DNA of 64,000 bases from Bacteroidota bacterium (GCA_052389635.1 JBQTHS010000095.1:9-64008); one strand, 5' to 3'; positions 8,568-18,854 are shown, counted from the stretch's first letter. Notes: generated by a model not told the origin, from the sequence alone. Made by a program: numbers and translations.

Positions 8568-9014
8568 TTATCCTTCACCACCGCCATTACCTTCGGCTTT
8601 TCTCTCAGGTCTGCGGCCCGGAGCAGTGCGTCTGGCTCTTTTCTGGCGGTAGGCATCTTCCTGGCGTTTTTTCACCTGCACATCATGCTCAGCACTCCAT
8701 TTGGTGAATTTTTCCATCGCTGTTGCCTCATCAAACAGGCCCAGCCCCACACCACGAAGCAGGTGTTTCAGGTACAGTACACCTTTAAAGCTCAGGATGC
8801 GGCGAACGGTGTCGGTCGGTGTAGCACCTTTGTTCAGCCACTCAAGGGCTTTCTGGCGATCCAACTGGATAGTAGCCGGAACGGTCAGCGGGTTATAAGT
8901 ACCTAATTTCTGGATGAATTTCCCGTCACGGGGTGAGCGGGAGTCTGCAATTACAATGAAGTAGAAGGGTCTTTTCTTAGACCCGTGTCTTTGAAGACGG
9001 ATTTTGGCTGCCAT
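8568..9014 (-). CDS. rpsP: 30S ribosomal protein S16 with a C-terminal extension
   Basis: Motifs [31 protein letters not shown] and LGTYNP. The start was moved to MAAK at 9014. Confidence 0.97.
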   Translation of the reverse strand: MAAKIRLQRHGSKKRPFYFIVIADSRSPRDGKFIQKLGTYNPLTVPATIQLDRQKALEWLNKGATPTDTVRRILSFKGVLYLKHLLRGVGLGLFDEATAMEKFTKWSAEHDVQVKKRQEDAYRQKRARRTAPGRRPERKAEGNGGGEG

Positions 9015-9074
9015 TTTAAATAGACATTTAAAGGCGTTAAACAATAATTGTTAGGCCCGGTGGAAACCGGAGAG

Positions 9075-9082
9075 CAAATATA
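9075..9082 (-). promoter_or_regulatory. Bacteroidota -7 promoter box TATATTTG for rpsP
   Basis: Exact TAnnTTTG match about 60 bp upstream of the start. Confidence 0.65.
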
Positions 9083-9088
9083 GGAAAA

Positions 9089-9206
9089 AGTCGTTAGTCT
9101 GTAGTCGTTAGTCTGTAGTCGTTGAATGAGAACTGTACACAGAACCATTTTGTATAAAATGTTCTTAATAAAGGGCTAACGACTAAGGACTCCCGACTCC
9201 CGGCTA
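9089..9206. repeat. Inverted pair of heptamer arrays enclosing about 50 bp, with no cargo gene
   Basis: AGTCGTT AGTCTGT AGTCGTT AGTCTGT AGTCGTT (9089-9123) and GGCTAAC GACTAAG GACTCCC GACTCCC GGCTA (9174-9206), which is the reverse-complement type. Confidence 0.85.
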
Positions 9207-10529
9207 TCTCTTTATGCCCGGCATCATCTTACCCAGCGCACCCATCTTGTTCATATTCTTCATCATACCCCGCATTTGCTCAAACTGTTTCATGAAATTG
9301 TTCACCTCCTGGATGTCCTTACCGCAGCCTTTGGCGATACGTTTTTTGCGGTTACCGTCAATCAGATCGGGGTCAGCCCTTTCGGCGGGGGTCATGGAGT
9401 TGATCATGGCCTCTATGCCTTTGAAGGAATCATCGTTGATGTCAATGTCTTTTATCTTACTTCCCACACCGGGTATCATCCCCAGCATGTCTTTCATATT
9501 GCCCATCTTTCTGATCTGCTCCAGCTGCATTTTAAAGTCGGCAAAATCAAACTTGTTCTTCCGGATCTTGGCTTCGAGTTTTTTGGTCTGCTCTTCATCA
9601 AACTGTTCCTGCGCTTTCTCCACCAGCGAGGTGATGTCGCCCATTCCAAGGATACGCTGGGCCATCCTTTCCGGGTAAAATACATCCAGTGTATCCATCT
9701 TTTCGCCACTGCTGGTGAATTTGATGGGTTTGTTCACCGTGTATTTGATGGAAATGGCAGCGCCACCCCTTGTGTCGCCGTCTAATTTGGTAAGTACCAC
9801 CCCGGAAAAATCCAATCTGTCGTTAAATGCTTTGGCCGTATTTACAGCATCCTGGCCGGTCATGCTGTCCACCACAAACAATATCTCCTGCGGATTTACT
9901 GCATTCTTAATATTTGTCACTTCGGTCATCATCGCTTCATCCACCGCCAGCCGACCGGCTGTATCTATGATGATAACATTTTTATTTTTGCTCCGGGCTT
10001 CTTTTACGGCGTTCCTGGCTATTTCCACCGCATCCTTACTCTCCATTTCAATATGGACATCAATCCCGATCTGCTCCCCCAGCACCCGCAGTTGCTCCAT
10101 CGCCGCAGGACGGTAAATGTCTGCTGCAACAAGCAAAGGAGAGAGCCCTTTTTTTGTTTTCAGGTAATGGGCCAGTTTACCGCTGAAGGTGGTCTTACCG
10201 CTACCCTGTAACCCGGCGACCAGTATAACAGCCGGATTCCCTTTTGCATGGAAGGCAGCTTCCTGCCCGCCCATCAGTTCGGCCAGTTCATCCTTTACGA
10301 TCTTGGTCATCAACTGGCCGGGAGAAATAGCATTGATCACTTTTTCGCCGATAGCTTTATCCTTTACTTTATCGGTAAACTCCTTGGCAATTTTATAATT
10401 GACATCCGCATCCACCAGGGCACGGCGTATCTCCTTGAGGGTAGCCGCAATATTGAGCTCGGTGATCCGGGCCTGCCCTTTGAGGTTCTTAAAGGCTGAT
10501 TCTAATTTTTCCTGGAGGGAATTAAACAT
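9204..10529 (-). CDS. ffh: Signal recognition particle protein Ffh
   Basis: GTPase motifs GLQGSGKTT, DTAGR and TKLDG, plus a Met-rich M domain. Confidence 0.98.
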   Translation of the reverse strand: MFNSLQEKLESAFKNLKGQARITELNIAATLKEIRRALVDADVNYKIAKEFTDKVKDKAIGEKVINAISPGQLMTKIVKDELAELMGGQEAAFHAKGNPAVILVAGLQGSGKTTFSGKLAHYLKTKKGLSPLLVAADIYRPAAMEQLRVLGEQIGIDVHIEMESKDAVEIARNAVKEARSKNKNVIIIDTAGRLAVDEAMMTEVTNIKNAVNPQEILFVVDSMTGQDAVNTAKAFNDRLDFSGVVLTKLDGDTRGGAAISIKYTVNKPIKFTSSGEKMDTLDVFYPERMAQRILGMGDITSLVEKAQEQFDEEQTKKLEAKIRKNKFDFADFKMQLEQIRKMGNMKDMLGMIPGVGSKIKDIDINDDSFKGIEAMINSMTPAERADPDLIDGNRKKRIAKGCGKDIQEVNNFMKQFEQMRGMMKNMNKMGALGKMMPGIKR

Positions 10530-10560
10530 GGGTCACTTTTTTTCACAATCAGGGTAAAAT

Positions 10561-10589
10561 AAAAAGTGAACATCGAATGTTCACTTTTT
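10561..10589. promoter_or_regulatory. Perfect 13-bp inverted repeat in the ffh leader (terminator-, attenuator- or operator-like)
   Basis: AAAAAGTGAACAT-CGA-ATGTTCACTTTTT. Confidence 0.55.
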
Positions 10590-10598
10590 AAAGAGTTG

Positions 10599-10606
10599 CA
10601 AAGATA
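10599..10606 (-). promoter_or_regulatory. -7 promoter box TATCTTTG for ffh
   Basis: Exact TAnnTTTG match 70 bp upstream of the start. Confidence 0.6.
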
Positions 10607-10685
10607 CAGCTTCGCTCAGGAAGAGTTACGTCGTATGAATAAAAATGTAAAGGTTTATTCCAGGTATAATCTTTTGATTTATTAA

Positions 10686-11561
10686 TCAGGTTCCGAGGTA
10701 TGTTCTCAGGAGTTTACAGCGGTTAGACGCCTTTAACTTGGTAATCGCCTTGTCTTTGATCTGCCGTACCCTTTCCCGGGTGAGGCTGAACCGTTCGCCA
10801 ATGTCTTCGAGGCTCATGGGATGGTCCACACCAATTCCAAAGAAAAAGCAGATGACTTCTTTTTGCCTTTCTGTCAGCGCTTTCAGGCTGCGGTCAATTT
10901 CTGTTTTCAGGGATTCATTATGCACCAGTTCTCCGTCTGTTTTTTCAGCGTTGGGATTTTCGAGTACATCAATCAGTGTGTTTTCCTCGCCTTCGGCAAG
11001 AGGGGAATCCATGCTTACATGCCGGGCATTGATACCAAGGGTGGAGGTCACTTCTTCGAGGTCTAATTCCAGTACTTCGGCCAGTTCCTCGGCTGATGGC
11101 TCTCTTTCATACTGCTGCTCCAGCAGTGAGTAGGCCTTTTGAATCCGGTTGGTGAGACCCACTTTGTTCAGGGGCAGGCGAACAATCCTCGATTGTTCGG
11201 CCAATGCTTGTAAAATACTCTGGCGAATCCACCACACAGCATAGGAAATGAATTTGAACCCCCTTGTTTCATCGAAGCGCTGTGCCGCTTTGATAAGGCC
11301 GACATTACCCTCATTGATAAGATCAGGAAGTGACAAACCCTGGTTCTGGTACTGTTTGGCCACAGACACTACAAAGCGAAGATTTGCCTTGGTGAGCCTG
11401 TCCAATGATTTTTGACAACCCTGCTTGATAAGGGTAGCCAGTTTAACTTCTTCTTCGGGGGTGATCAACTCTACCTTGCCTATTTCCTGGAGGTACTTTT
11501 CTAAACTCTGGGATTCACGGTTGGTGATGGACTTGGAGATCTTGAGTTGCCGCATGCTCAT
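10686..11561 (-). CDS. rpoD: RpoD/SigA-family primary sigma factor (short Bacteroidota form)
   Basis: Motifs [36 protein letters not shown] and LTRERVRQI. Confidence 0.93.
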   Translation of the reverse strand: MSMRQLKISKSITNRESQSLEKYLQEIGKVELITPEEEVKLATLIKQGCQKSLDRLTKANLRFVVSVAKQYQNQGLSLPDLINEGNVGLIKAAQRFDETRGFKFISYAVWWIRQSILQALAEQSRIVRLPLNKVGLTNRIQKAYSLLEQQYEREPSAEELAEVLELDLEEVTSTLGINARHVSMDSPLAEGEENTLIDVLENPNAEKTDGELVHNESLKTEIDRSLKALTERQKEVICFFFGIGVDHPMSLEDIGERFSLTRERVRQIKDKAITKLKASNRCKLLRTYLGT

Positions 11562-11868
11562 AGGTATGGGTTTAAATGGTGTATTTTAAGGGGTTAAGAA
11601 TTACTTGTTTGGTCACTTAATGACTCAAAAAATACCCACCACAATGTCCTTAGTTGTTCAGAAAGTATTGAACTTCAGGGCAATTTAAGTAATTAGCCCA
11701 TCGATGCCAAATAAATTTTGACAACCTTTTAACGCTTTCACCTGCGATTTATTTTAAAACCAGGTTTTTAGCCATCGGAGAGGGGGAAAAATAACCGGCA
11801 AAATAATTTGGTGCAAGCATTATTTCTTTATTATTGCATCAATCGCCATCTATTCAGGCGGTTGAAGA

Positions 11869-12246
11869 ATGAGTAAACAATTATACACTTTAGAATTCCC
11901 GGTCCGCTGTTCACCATCCATCCTTTATGAATTCCTTTCCACTCCTGCAGGACTGGCAGAATGGTTTGCGGACAAGGTTGACGAACGGGACAACACTTTT
12001 TATTTTGGCTGGAACAATACTTTTGAAAAAGCGGAACTGATGGAGAAAGAAAACGATAAATTTATCCGCTTCCATTGGCTTACCGCACCCCGGGAAGAAT
12101 ATTTTGAATTCAAAATTGAAAAATCAGAAATAACCAATCAGACAATACTTGTCATCAAAGATTTTGCCGAAAAAAAAGATATCAAGGACCAGAGTATGCT
12201 CTGGGACTACCAGGTGAAAGAACTTTTTCACCGGCTCGGAAACTAA
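11869..12246 (+). CDS. START-like/SRPBCC domain protein
   Basis: LYEFLSTPAGLAEWFADKV is typical of Bacteroidota START-like proteins (recalled). Confidence 0.8.
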   Translation: MSKQLYTLEFPVRCSPSILYEFLSTPAGLAEWFADKVDERDNTFYFGWNNTFEKAELMEKENDKFIRFHWLTAPREEYFEFKIEKSEITNQTILVIKDFAEKKDIKDQSMLWDYQVKELFHRLGN

Positions 12247-12854
12247 CCGGCCAGCATTTTCACTATTTGTTTAAAATGTTTTTCAAGTCTGGGACTGCTT
12301 TCATTCCATTGCTGCAAATCAAGTTTGACCGCCAGTTTGATGAATGATTGCCCGCTGATTGATTTTTCAAAATCAATACGGCTGAGCTCAGCCACAGGCC
12401 TGTAATTATCATTTTCAAAATGATGCTGCCACGGGTCATCACTCACACAAGAGTAAAAATTGTTTTTGGCAAGCACCGGAAAGGCGGCTGCTATTTTCTT
12501 TTCATATTTCTTTTTGCTGCTGCCAGAGAGGTGAAGGGTGATGCTCAGAAAATTTCCCCACCAAAACATTGTCCGTACAGCAAAAACGTTCTTTTGTGTA
12601 AAATATCCCGGATAGTCCAGCACCAGGTAAGGCAGCCCCCGGTAGTTTTCTCCTTTGGAGATCTTTGGTGATGCAGTAAGAATTTCATCAGGTAATTTCC
12701 CGGCATAAGAGGTTATGATTTCAGCATAGCCTGTTTGCAACAGGCCCAGCAACTCCTTCGTTTTTTGCAGAATGCTGTTCTTTGTTAAAATCCAGTCCGC
12801 ATGACTGGCCAGTTCCATCTCCTCTTTTGAAAGCCTTACTTTTGCCTTATCCAT
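12243..12854 (-). CDS. Hypothetical protein
   Basis: A 203-aa ORF that fills the gap and reads like a real protein (ISKGENYRGLPYLVLDYP, RTMFWWGN). Confidence 0.8.
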   Translation of the reverse strand: MDKAKVRLSKEEMELASHADWILTKNSILQKTKELLGLLQTGYAEIITSYAGKLPDEILTASPKISKGENYRGLPYLVLDYPGYFTQKNVFAVRTMFWWGNFLSITLHLSGSSKKKYEKKIAAAFPVLAKNNFYSCVSDDPWQHHFENDNYRPVAELSRIDFEKSISGQSFIKLAVKLDLQQWNESSPRLEKHFKQIVKMLAG

Positions 12855-12866
12855 AAGCTAAGATAA

Positions 12867-14300
12867 GTGTTCAACAAACTGGATCGTCTCATCATCCGGG
12901 CTTTTACCGGCCCTTTTATTGCTACTTTCTTTATTACACTGCTGGTGCTTATCATGCAGTTTTTCTGGTTGTATATTGATGATTTTGTGGGTAAGGGGCT
13001 TGATACAGGCATCATACTGGAGTTCATACTCTATCTCAGCGCCACCCTGGTGCCCCTGGCCCTGCCCCTGGCAATATTGCTCTCATCGCTGATGACGTTT
13101 GGAAACCTGGGTGAAAGCTTTGAGCTGGTGGCCATCAAATCGGCAGGCATATCATTGCTGCGGTTTATGCGGCCGCTTTTTTTTGTAACATTTTTTCTGG
13201 CAGGGGTGGCATTTGTGTTTGCCAACTACGTAATACCTGTCGCCAACCTGAAACAGCGAACCTTACTGGCTGACATTGTGTATGCCAAACCTGCTTTTGA
13301 TCTGAAAGAAGGGGTTTTCTATGATAAGATACCCGGCTTTGCCATCAAAGTGGGAAAGAAGGAAGAGAACGACAGTGTGATCCGGGATGTTATTATCTAT
13401 GAGCAGGGTAATCTGCTCCAGGATAATTTCATTGTTGCCCGCAGCGGCATTATGCGGGTAACCGAAAACCGCCGGTTTCTCGAATTTAACCTGAAAGATG
13501 GCTGGCGTTACCAGGAACGGGGTAATTTATATGAAAAAACCAATTCAGAATTTATCCGGGTGGGCTTTAAGGAGTTCAAAAAACAGTTTGACCTCAGTTC
13601 GCTGGGTTTCAGCAACCGCACCGCCGACAGTGTGAATAAAAATAATGAGAAGATGCTGAGTATGCGGCAACTGGAAAAAGCGATAGATTCTATGAAAAAA
13701 GAGAACCGGCTTGCTGCTGAACAGTCAGTCAAAGACCTGCTGCGTCCGTTCCGGTTCACCACTTATATTGACTCACAATGGAGTACAGGAAAAACAACTC
13801 CGTCCATAGCAGGCTTCAAAAGTTTTGATGATTTTCTTCCTGATTCCGCCCGGGGTTCTGTGAATGAAAATGTGCAAACAATGGCCCGGTCAATAAACAT
13901 GACCATGGAATCGCAGGGTATCACCAATGCCTATAAAGAAAGAGAGCTCCGGAAACATAAAATAGAATGGCACCGGAAAATTGTGCTTTCGCTGGCCTGT
14001 GTGATATTGTTCCTCATCGGCGCCCCGCTGGGTTCTATCATCCGCAAAGGCGGGCTGGGCACTCCTCTTATTTTTGCCATCATCTTCTTCATGGCTTTTT
14101 ACTTTTCCAGCACCACAGGTGAAAAAATGGCCAAAGAGGATAACCTGAGCCCCTTTACCGGGATGTGGCTGGCTACTTTTGTGTTGTTGCCCATTGGCGT
14201 TTTTCTTACCTACAAAGCCATGCGGGATTCGCATCTTTTCAATAAAGAGTTTTACTACCGGGCCGCCCGTGTTATCGGCAGCATTTTTGGCAGGGGTTGA
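12867..14300 (+). CDS. LptF/LptG-family LPS export permease
   Basis: Three N-terminal and three C-terminal TM helices; motifs LGESFELVAIKSAGIS and GAPLG...RKGG. Confidence 0.92.
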   Translation: MFNKLDRLIIRAFTGPFIATFFITLLVLIMQFFWLYIDDFVGKGLDTGIILEFILYLSATLVPLALPLAILLSSLMTFGNLGESFELVAIKSAGISLLRFMRPLFFVTFFLAGVAFVFANYVIPVANLKQRTLLADIVYAKPAFDLKEGVFYDKIPGFAIKVGKKEENDSVIRDVIIYEQGNLLQDNFIVARSGIMRVTENRRFLEFNLKDGWRYQERGNLYEKTNSEFIRVGFKEFKKQFDLSSLGFSNRTADSVNKNNEKMLSMRQLEKAIDSMKKENRLAAEQSVKDLLRPFRFTTYIDSQWSTGKTTPSIAGFKSFDDFLPDSARGSVNENVQTMARSINMTMESQGITNAYKERELRKHKIEWHRKIVLSLACVILFLIGAPLGSIIRKGGLGTPLIFAIIFFMAFYFSSTTGEKMAKEDNLSPFTGMWLATFVLLPIGVFLTYKAMRDSHLFNKEFYYRAARVIGSIFGRG

Positions 14301-14370
14301 AAGCGCAAAAATCACCCTTTTGTGGTATAGGCTGGTTCCGGAAAATGCCCAAACTTTATCTTTCGTAACA

Positions 14371-14400
14371 CCGTTTACTCAGGCTGTTGTCCCGTTTACT
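14371..14400 (+). promoter_or_regulatory. Direct repeat CCGTTTACT x2 with a 21-bp period (LytTR-like site)
   Basis: Copies at 14371-14379 and 14392-14400, upstream of the T9SS cargo gene. Confidence 0.4.
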
Positions 14401-14460
14401 AAATGGTAGTGGACTGTCCGTATAAATTGTACGAGGTTTATGTACCGAAAATAAAAGGCT

Positions 14461-16050
14461 ATGCAAAACTGCAACAAAACCACAACTGCTGTTCATCTTA
14501 ATTTATTTAAGAACAGCATATTGCTGTCAGGATTACTGTTGTTTACCGGTCAAATCCCTGCACAGGATATAATAAAAGTACAGAACGGGGCGTCCATTAC
14601 CGTGCAAAACGGCGCAGAAATCACCGTTCAGGGTGGTGTGTCGCTGGACAACGGAAGCACCCTCGTAAACAACGGCACTATCCGCCTTAAACAGAACGGC
14701 GCATCCGGAGCAGCTGATTGGATTGATAATACTGTTACAGCTTATAATTATGGAACAGGTAAAGTGATCTTTAATGGTACCGGCGGGCATACGGTAAACT
14801 CAAAAAATACATATGAACGGATTGATGTGGATGCATCGGGGCATGTTGCACTGGCAAGCGATGTGAATGCTAACAAATGGTACCTGGTGAATGGAAGAGT
14901 GAACAGTACTTCTTCTTTTAAAGCGATAGCTCTCAGCAACACACAGTTAGCTGTTGAGGCGGATGCCGCCAATACCAATTTCGCCAGCAGTTGGGTAAAT
15001 GGAAACCTGAGGCGGTATATTCAGCCTTCAGCAGTGAGCAATTATACTTTCCCGGTTGGCGATGCTACAAAGGTGAACAGGGCCGTAATGGATAACCTTA
15101 CTGCCAGCCCGCTTAACAATCTTACATACATTGATGCTTCGTTTGGCCCCAAGCCGGGTAATGATGCGGGCCTCATGGCTTCGGAAAACGGACAAGGCTA
15201 CATATCTGTCAACAGCGGAGGTGTATGGTATCTTACACCGGATGTTGTCCCTACATCCGGAACTTATGATGTATTACTGTACTTCAACGGATTCACCGGT
15301 TTGTCAGATAACAGTTTTGGCATATTAAAAAGGCCCAATGCCTCCTCCAATGCAGCCGACTGGACATCACCTGCCGGAAGCTCATTGCCAGCTAATAACT
15401 TGCCAGGGAGAATTGTATCATCCGGCTATGCCCGAAGAAATAATATCAATAGTTTCAGCCAGTTTGGCATTGGAATTCTTTCAGGTCCCCTGCCTGTTAC
15501 CCTGCTGAGTTTTGATGCCCGCAGGCTCACCAAAGTACGGGTGCAGGTGAACTGGCAGACCGTAACAGAGCAAAACAACCGGGGATTTGAAATAGAAAGA
15601 AGACTGGACGGAGAACCGTCATTTGTTCAAATTGGGTTTGCGCCTACCCAAGCACCCGGTGGCAACAGCAGCAGCAGGATAGACTACAATTATACAGATG
15701 CCAACGGGTACGCCGGTATCAGTTATTACCGGCTGAAACAAGTGGACATAGACAATCATTTCACCTATACCCATATCAAAGCGGTGAAAGGAATGGGTGA
15801 TACGCAAGTGAGTGTATTGCTTTATCCCAATCCCAACCACGGCCAGTTTACTATCCGGCTTGACGGCGTGACAAGGCAATACGAAGCCGTAATAACCGAT
15901 ATGGGAGGAAAAGTGGTACGGCAGCTGAGGCTGGGCAATAGCAATAACGTAAATGTAACCGGGCTGAGCGCCGGCACCTATATCATCCGCATACCGGATG
16001 TATTTGGCGAAGGAGATTCCTTCACTGAAAAAGTAATGGTCATAAAATAA
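14461..16050 (+). CDS. Secreted protein with a T9SS type A C-terminal sorting domain
   Basis: Signal peptide, PLPVTLLSF linker, YYRLKQVD, LYPNP and LSAGTYIIRI. Confidence 0.88.
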   Translation: MQNCNKTTTAVHLNLFKNSILLSGLLLFTGQIPAQDIIKVQNGASITVQNGAEITVQGGVSLDNGSTLVNNGTIRLKQNGASGAADWIDNTVTAYNYGTGKVIFNGTGGHTVNSKNTYERIDVDASGHVALASDVNANKWYLVNGRVNSTSSFKAIALSNTQLAVEADAANTNFASSWVNGNLRRYIQPSAVSNYTFPVGDATKVNRAVMDNLTASPLNNLTYIDASFGPKPGNDAGLMASENGQGYISVNSGGVWYLTPDVVPTSGTYDVLLYFNGFTGLSDNSFGILKRPNASSNAADWTSPAGSSLPANNLPGRIVSSGYARRNNINSFSQFGIGILSGPLPVTLLSFDARRLTKVRVQVNWQTVTEQNNRGFEIERRLDGEPSFVQIGFAPTQAPGGNSSSRIDYNYTDANGYAGISYYRLKQVDIDNHFTYTHIKAVKGMGDTQVSVLLYPNPNHGQFTIRLDGVTRQYEAVITDMGGKVVRQLRLGNSNNVNVTGLSAGTYIIRIPDVFGEGDSFTEKVMVIK

Positions 16051-16073
16051 TTTGAACCAACCTTAGCCTTTAC

Positions 16074-16108
16074 GGCCCTTGTTGTGGTAGCATAACAGGG
16101 GCCATTTT
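16074..16108 (+). terminator. Intrinsic terminator after the T9SS cargo gene
   Basis: GGCCCTTGTTGTG/CATAACAGGGGCC stem (with G-U pairs) followed by ATTTT. Confidence 0.6.
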
Positions 16109-16263
16109 ACTTTGTACTACGTAGCTCAGAAAGTATTTCATGGCCTGTCAGGAAAGGTCTCAACTCAAAAACTAAAATCATCTGGTTTAATCAACAAACT
16201 TTGACGTTTATCTCAGGAGCGTAGTAGTATTTCTGTATATTCGGAAACCTAAAACGAAAAGCT

Positions 16264-17037
16264 ATGAGATGCTTATTACTTTTCATGCTTACAGCCCTCG
16301 TTGTCAGTTGTAACTCGTCAGGTAAAAAAGACTCCAATAAGAAAATGGATGATACGGCAAGGATGGATAATCCTCCCGTACAAGTGCAAAAACCCGAACC
16401 GGTAAAAGGAACAGCCGCCGATGTACCGGCCACTATTAAAGTAAAAGGCGCTATACAGGAAGTATGGAAATGGAATGATAATATGGGAGAAAACCTGCTT
16501 ATCACCTCTGTGGTGGCCCCTTTTGATGACAAAGAGAAAAACGAATATGGCGAAGAAGGGCAAACTGCGGAACTGCATGCTTTTCATTATGTCAAAAAAG
16601 ACGGCGACTACCGGCAGGTATGGATGATGAGCGATAAGGAAAAAGCCTGTCCTTTTGATATTACCTGCGAATTCATCAGGGATGCCATCAGCATTACCGA
16701 TTTGGATGCAGACGGGATAGCTGAAACAACTATCCAGTATAAAATTGCCTGCCGAAGCGATGTATCCCCGGCGATGATGAAACTGATTTTGCATGAAGGC
16801 GAAACCAAATATGCATTGCGGGGGCTTATGTGGTATGGTATGGAGGAAACAAAATTTGAAGTAAAAGAAAACAATGCAAACCTGGAAAAACTACCCGGAT
16901 ACAAGGGCACGGACGATGAATATTTTAAAACTTTCGGACGATATGAGTCGGAAAAGGATTTCAGCGGGGCGCCCCCGGAATTTATTGCTCATGTCCGAAC
17001 CCACTGGATACGTTTCGTAAAGGAAAGTTCAGAATAA
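16264..17037 (+). CDS. Lipoprotein resembling the M949_RS01915 family
   Basis: Lipobox VVSC; motifs ELHAFHY, CPFD, ITDLDADGIAE and C.SDVSPA.MKLI. The family name is from recall. Confidence 0.7.
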   Translation: MRCLLLFMLTALVVSCNSSGKKDSNKKMDDTARMDNPPVQVQKPEPVKGTAADVPATIKVKGAIQEVWKWNDNMGENLLITSVVAPFDDKEKNEYGEEGQTAELHAFHYVKKDGDYRQVWMMSDKEKACPFDITCEFIRDAISITDLDADGIAETTIQYKIACRSDVSPAMMKLILHEGETKYALRGLMWYGMEETKFEVKENNANLEKLPGYKGTDDEYFKTFGRYESEKDFSGAPPEFIAHVRTHWIRFVKESSE

Positions 17038-17046
17038 TTTTGCAGC

Positions 17047-18033
17047 TTGAAAACATCTGAGCAAAACCTGAATATACAGAAATGGGTGGCAGCAGTATCA
17101 GTACTTCTGTTGCTGATCAAGCTATTTGCTTATTACCTTACTCACTCCGTCTCCATCCTCACTGATGCGCTGGAAAGCATTGTAAATGTTTCAGCCGGGT
17201 TTATCGGCCTCTACAGCCTTTACATTTCATCAAAGCCAAGGGATATGGATCATCCCTATGGGCATGGCAAGGCAGAGTTTATCTCCGCTTCTGTGGAAGG
17301 AACCATGATTGGAGCTGCCGGGGCCATTATTTTATACAAGGCCGTTCAGCATCTTATTAATCCAGTCGAACTGCAGAAAATTGATTACGGAATTATCCTG
17401 GTAGCGGCAACGGCAGTCATCAATTATGTAACGGGTTATTTCTGTCTGCGGACGGGACAGTGCAACAATTCTGCTGCATTGATTGCAAGCGGCAGGCATT
17501 TGCAAACAGATACAGTTTCCACAGTTGGCATTATTGCAGGGCTTGCCTTGCTGTACTTCACCGGTTTCAGGTGGATTGACAGTGTTGTGGCCATCCTTTT
17601 CGGTTCATATATTATTTATACAGGCTACCGGATTGTTCGTTCTTCCATTGCAGGTATTATGGATGAGGCTGATATGCTGCTGCTGAACCGGATGGTGCAG
17701 GTACTCAATGCCAACCGCAGGGAAAATTGGGTGGACCTGCACAACCTGCGGGTCATAAAGTATGGCAGTGTGCTGCATGTGGATTGTCACTTCACGGTTC
17801 CCTGGTATCTTAATGTGCATGAAGCCCACCGTGAAATTGATGCCCTGGCCGGACTGATACGAAAGGAGTTCGGGGAATCGCTGGAGCTGTTTGTTCATTC
17901 AGATGGCTGCCTGCCTTTTTCCTGCAGGATTTGCAGTAAGGAGGGTTGTAATGAAAGACAGCATAATTTTGAAAAGAAAATTAACTGGACCCTGGAGAAT
18001 ATTTCGAGTAATAAAAAACATGAGCTTAACTAA
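17047..18033 (+). CDS. Cation diffusion facilitator (CDF) transporter
   Basis: Motifs SILTDALESIVN, HPYGHGKAEF, GRHLQTD and DLHNLR; TTG start. Confidence 0.92.
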   Translation: MKTSEQNLNIQKWVAAVSVLLLLIKLFAYYLTHSVSILTDALESIVNVSAGFIGLYSLYISSKPRDMDHPYGHGKAEFISASVEGTMIGAAGAIILYKAVQHLINPVELQKIDYGIILVAATAVINYVTGYFCLRTGQCNNSAALIASGRHLQTDTVSTVGIIAGLALLYFTGFRWIDSVVAILFGSYIIYTGYRIVRSSIAGIMDEADMLLLNRMVQVLNANRRENWVDLHNLRVIKYGSVLHVDCHFTVPWYLNVHEAHREIDALAGLIRKEFGESLELFVHSDGCLPFSCRICSKEGCNERQHNFEKKINWTLENISSNKKHELN

Positions 18034-18041
18034 AGAAGAGT

Positions 18042-18437
18042 ATGACAAAAACAACTACCAAATGGAGGAATGGGCATGAGTTTACCAGCCATCTGGACCA
18101 TAACAGCATTGAAATAGACGGAGACAGGAAAAACGGGTTTGGCCCCAAGGCCCTGCTTTTATCAGCCGTGGCAGGCTGCTCCGGTATTGATGTGGTGGAT
18201 ATACTGGAGAAAATGCGGGTGCGGTTTTCCGGCCTTGAAATCGAGGTGGAGGCAGATCAGACGGATGAGCATCCCAGGGTGTATAAGGATATTTATATTA
18301 CTTATAAAATAGGAACAGATGCAGCTAATGAAGATAAGGTGAGAAAAGCAATTGATTTATCACTTGAAAAATACTGTGGAGTGTCTGCCATGCTCAGGAA
18401 GAATTCACCCATTCACTATAAACTGGTGATTGAATAA
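18042..18437 (+). CDS. OsmC-family protein
   Basis: Motifs GPKALLLSAVAGCSGIDVV and EKYCGV. Confidence 0.9.
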   Translation: MTKTTTKWRNGHEFTSHLDHNSIEIDGDRKNGFGPKALLLSAVAGCSGIDVVDILEKMRVRFSGLEIEVEADQTDEHPRVYKDIYITYKIGTDAANEDKVRKAIDLSLEKYCGVSAMLRKNSPIHYKLVIE

Positions 18438-18446
18438 GCACAAACC

Positions 18447-18854
18447 ATGCTTTCCAAAAAATCGCAATATGCTTTTAAAGCGCTGGCTTATCTCACCGAA
18501 AAGTTTGACAAGGGGCCGGTGCTTATTTCAGAAATAGCGAAGAAAAAAAAGATACCACTTAAGTTTCTCGAAAATATACTGCTGGAGCTGAAAAAGGCTG
18601 ATATGCTTGACAGTAAAAAAGGAAAGGGAGGGGGCTATTTTCTTAAAAAGGCCCCGGATAAAATAAAAGTGGCAACAGTCATACGGTTAATAAACGGCCC
18701 GATAGCCATGCTCCCCTGCGTAAGTCTTTATTTTTATGAACGTTGCAAAAACTGCAACGAAAAACACTGCGGCCTTCACGACATGATGATTGAAGTAAGG
18801 GATGCCACCCTGAATATTGTGGAAAACCGCACTTTGAAAGACCTGGTGCTGTAA
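18447..18854 (+). CDS. Rrf2-family transcriptional regulator
   Basis: Motifs IPLKFLENILLELK and SKKGKGGGY; C-terminal Cys cluster CVS...C..C....C. Confidence 0.92.
   Translation: MLSKKSQYAFKALAYLTEKFDKGPVLISEIAKKKKIPLKFLENILLELKKADMLDSKKGKGGGYFLKKAPDKIKVATVIRLINGPIAMLPCVSLYFYERCKNCNEKHCGLHDMMIEVRDATLNIVENRTLKDLVL

Noticed and set aside
8568-8760. C-terminal extension of S16
   Set aside because: Extended S16 is common in Bacteroidota.
10686-11561. Unusually short primary sigma factor
   Set aside because: Lack of region 1.1 is the established Bacteroidota form.
12243-12246. Overlapping or abutting stop codons of convergent genes (also 2429-2434 and 25854-25857)
   Set aside because: This is a common result of genome compaction, with no further signal.
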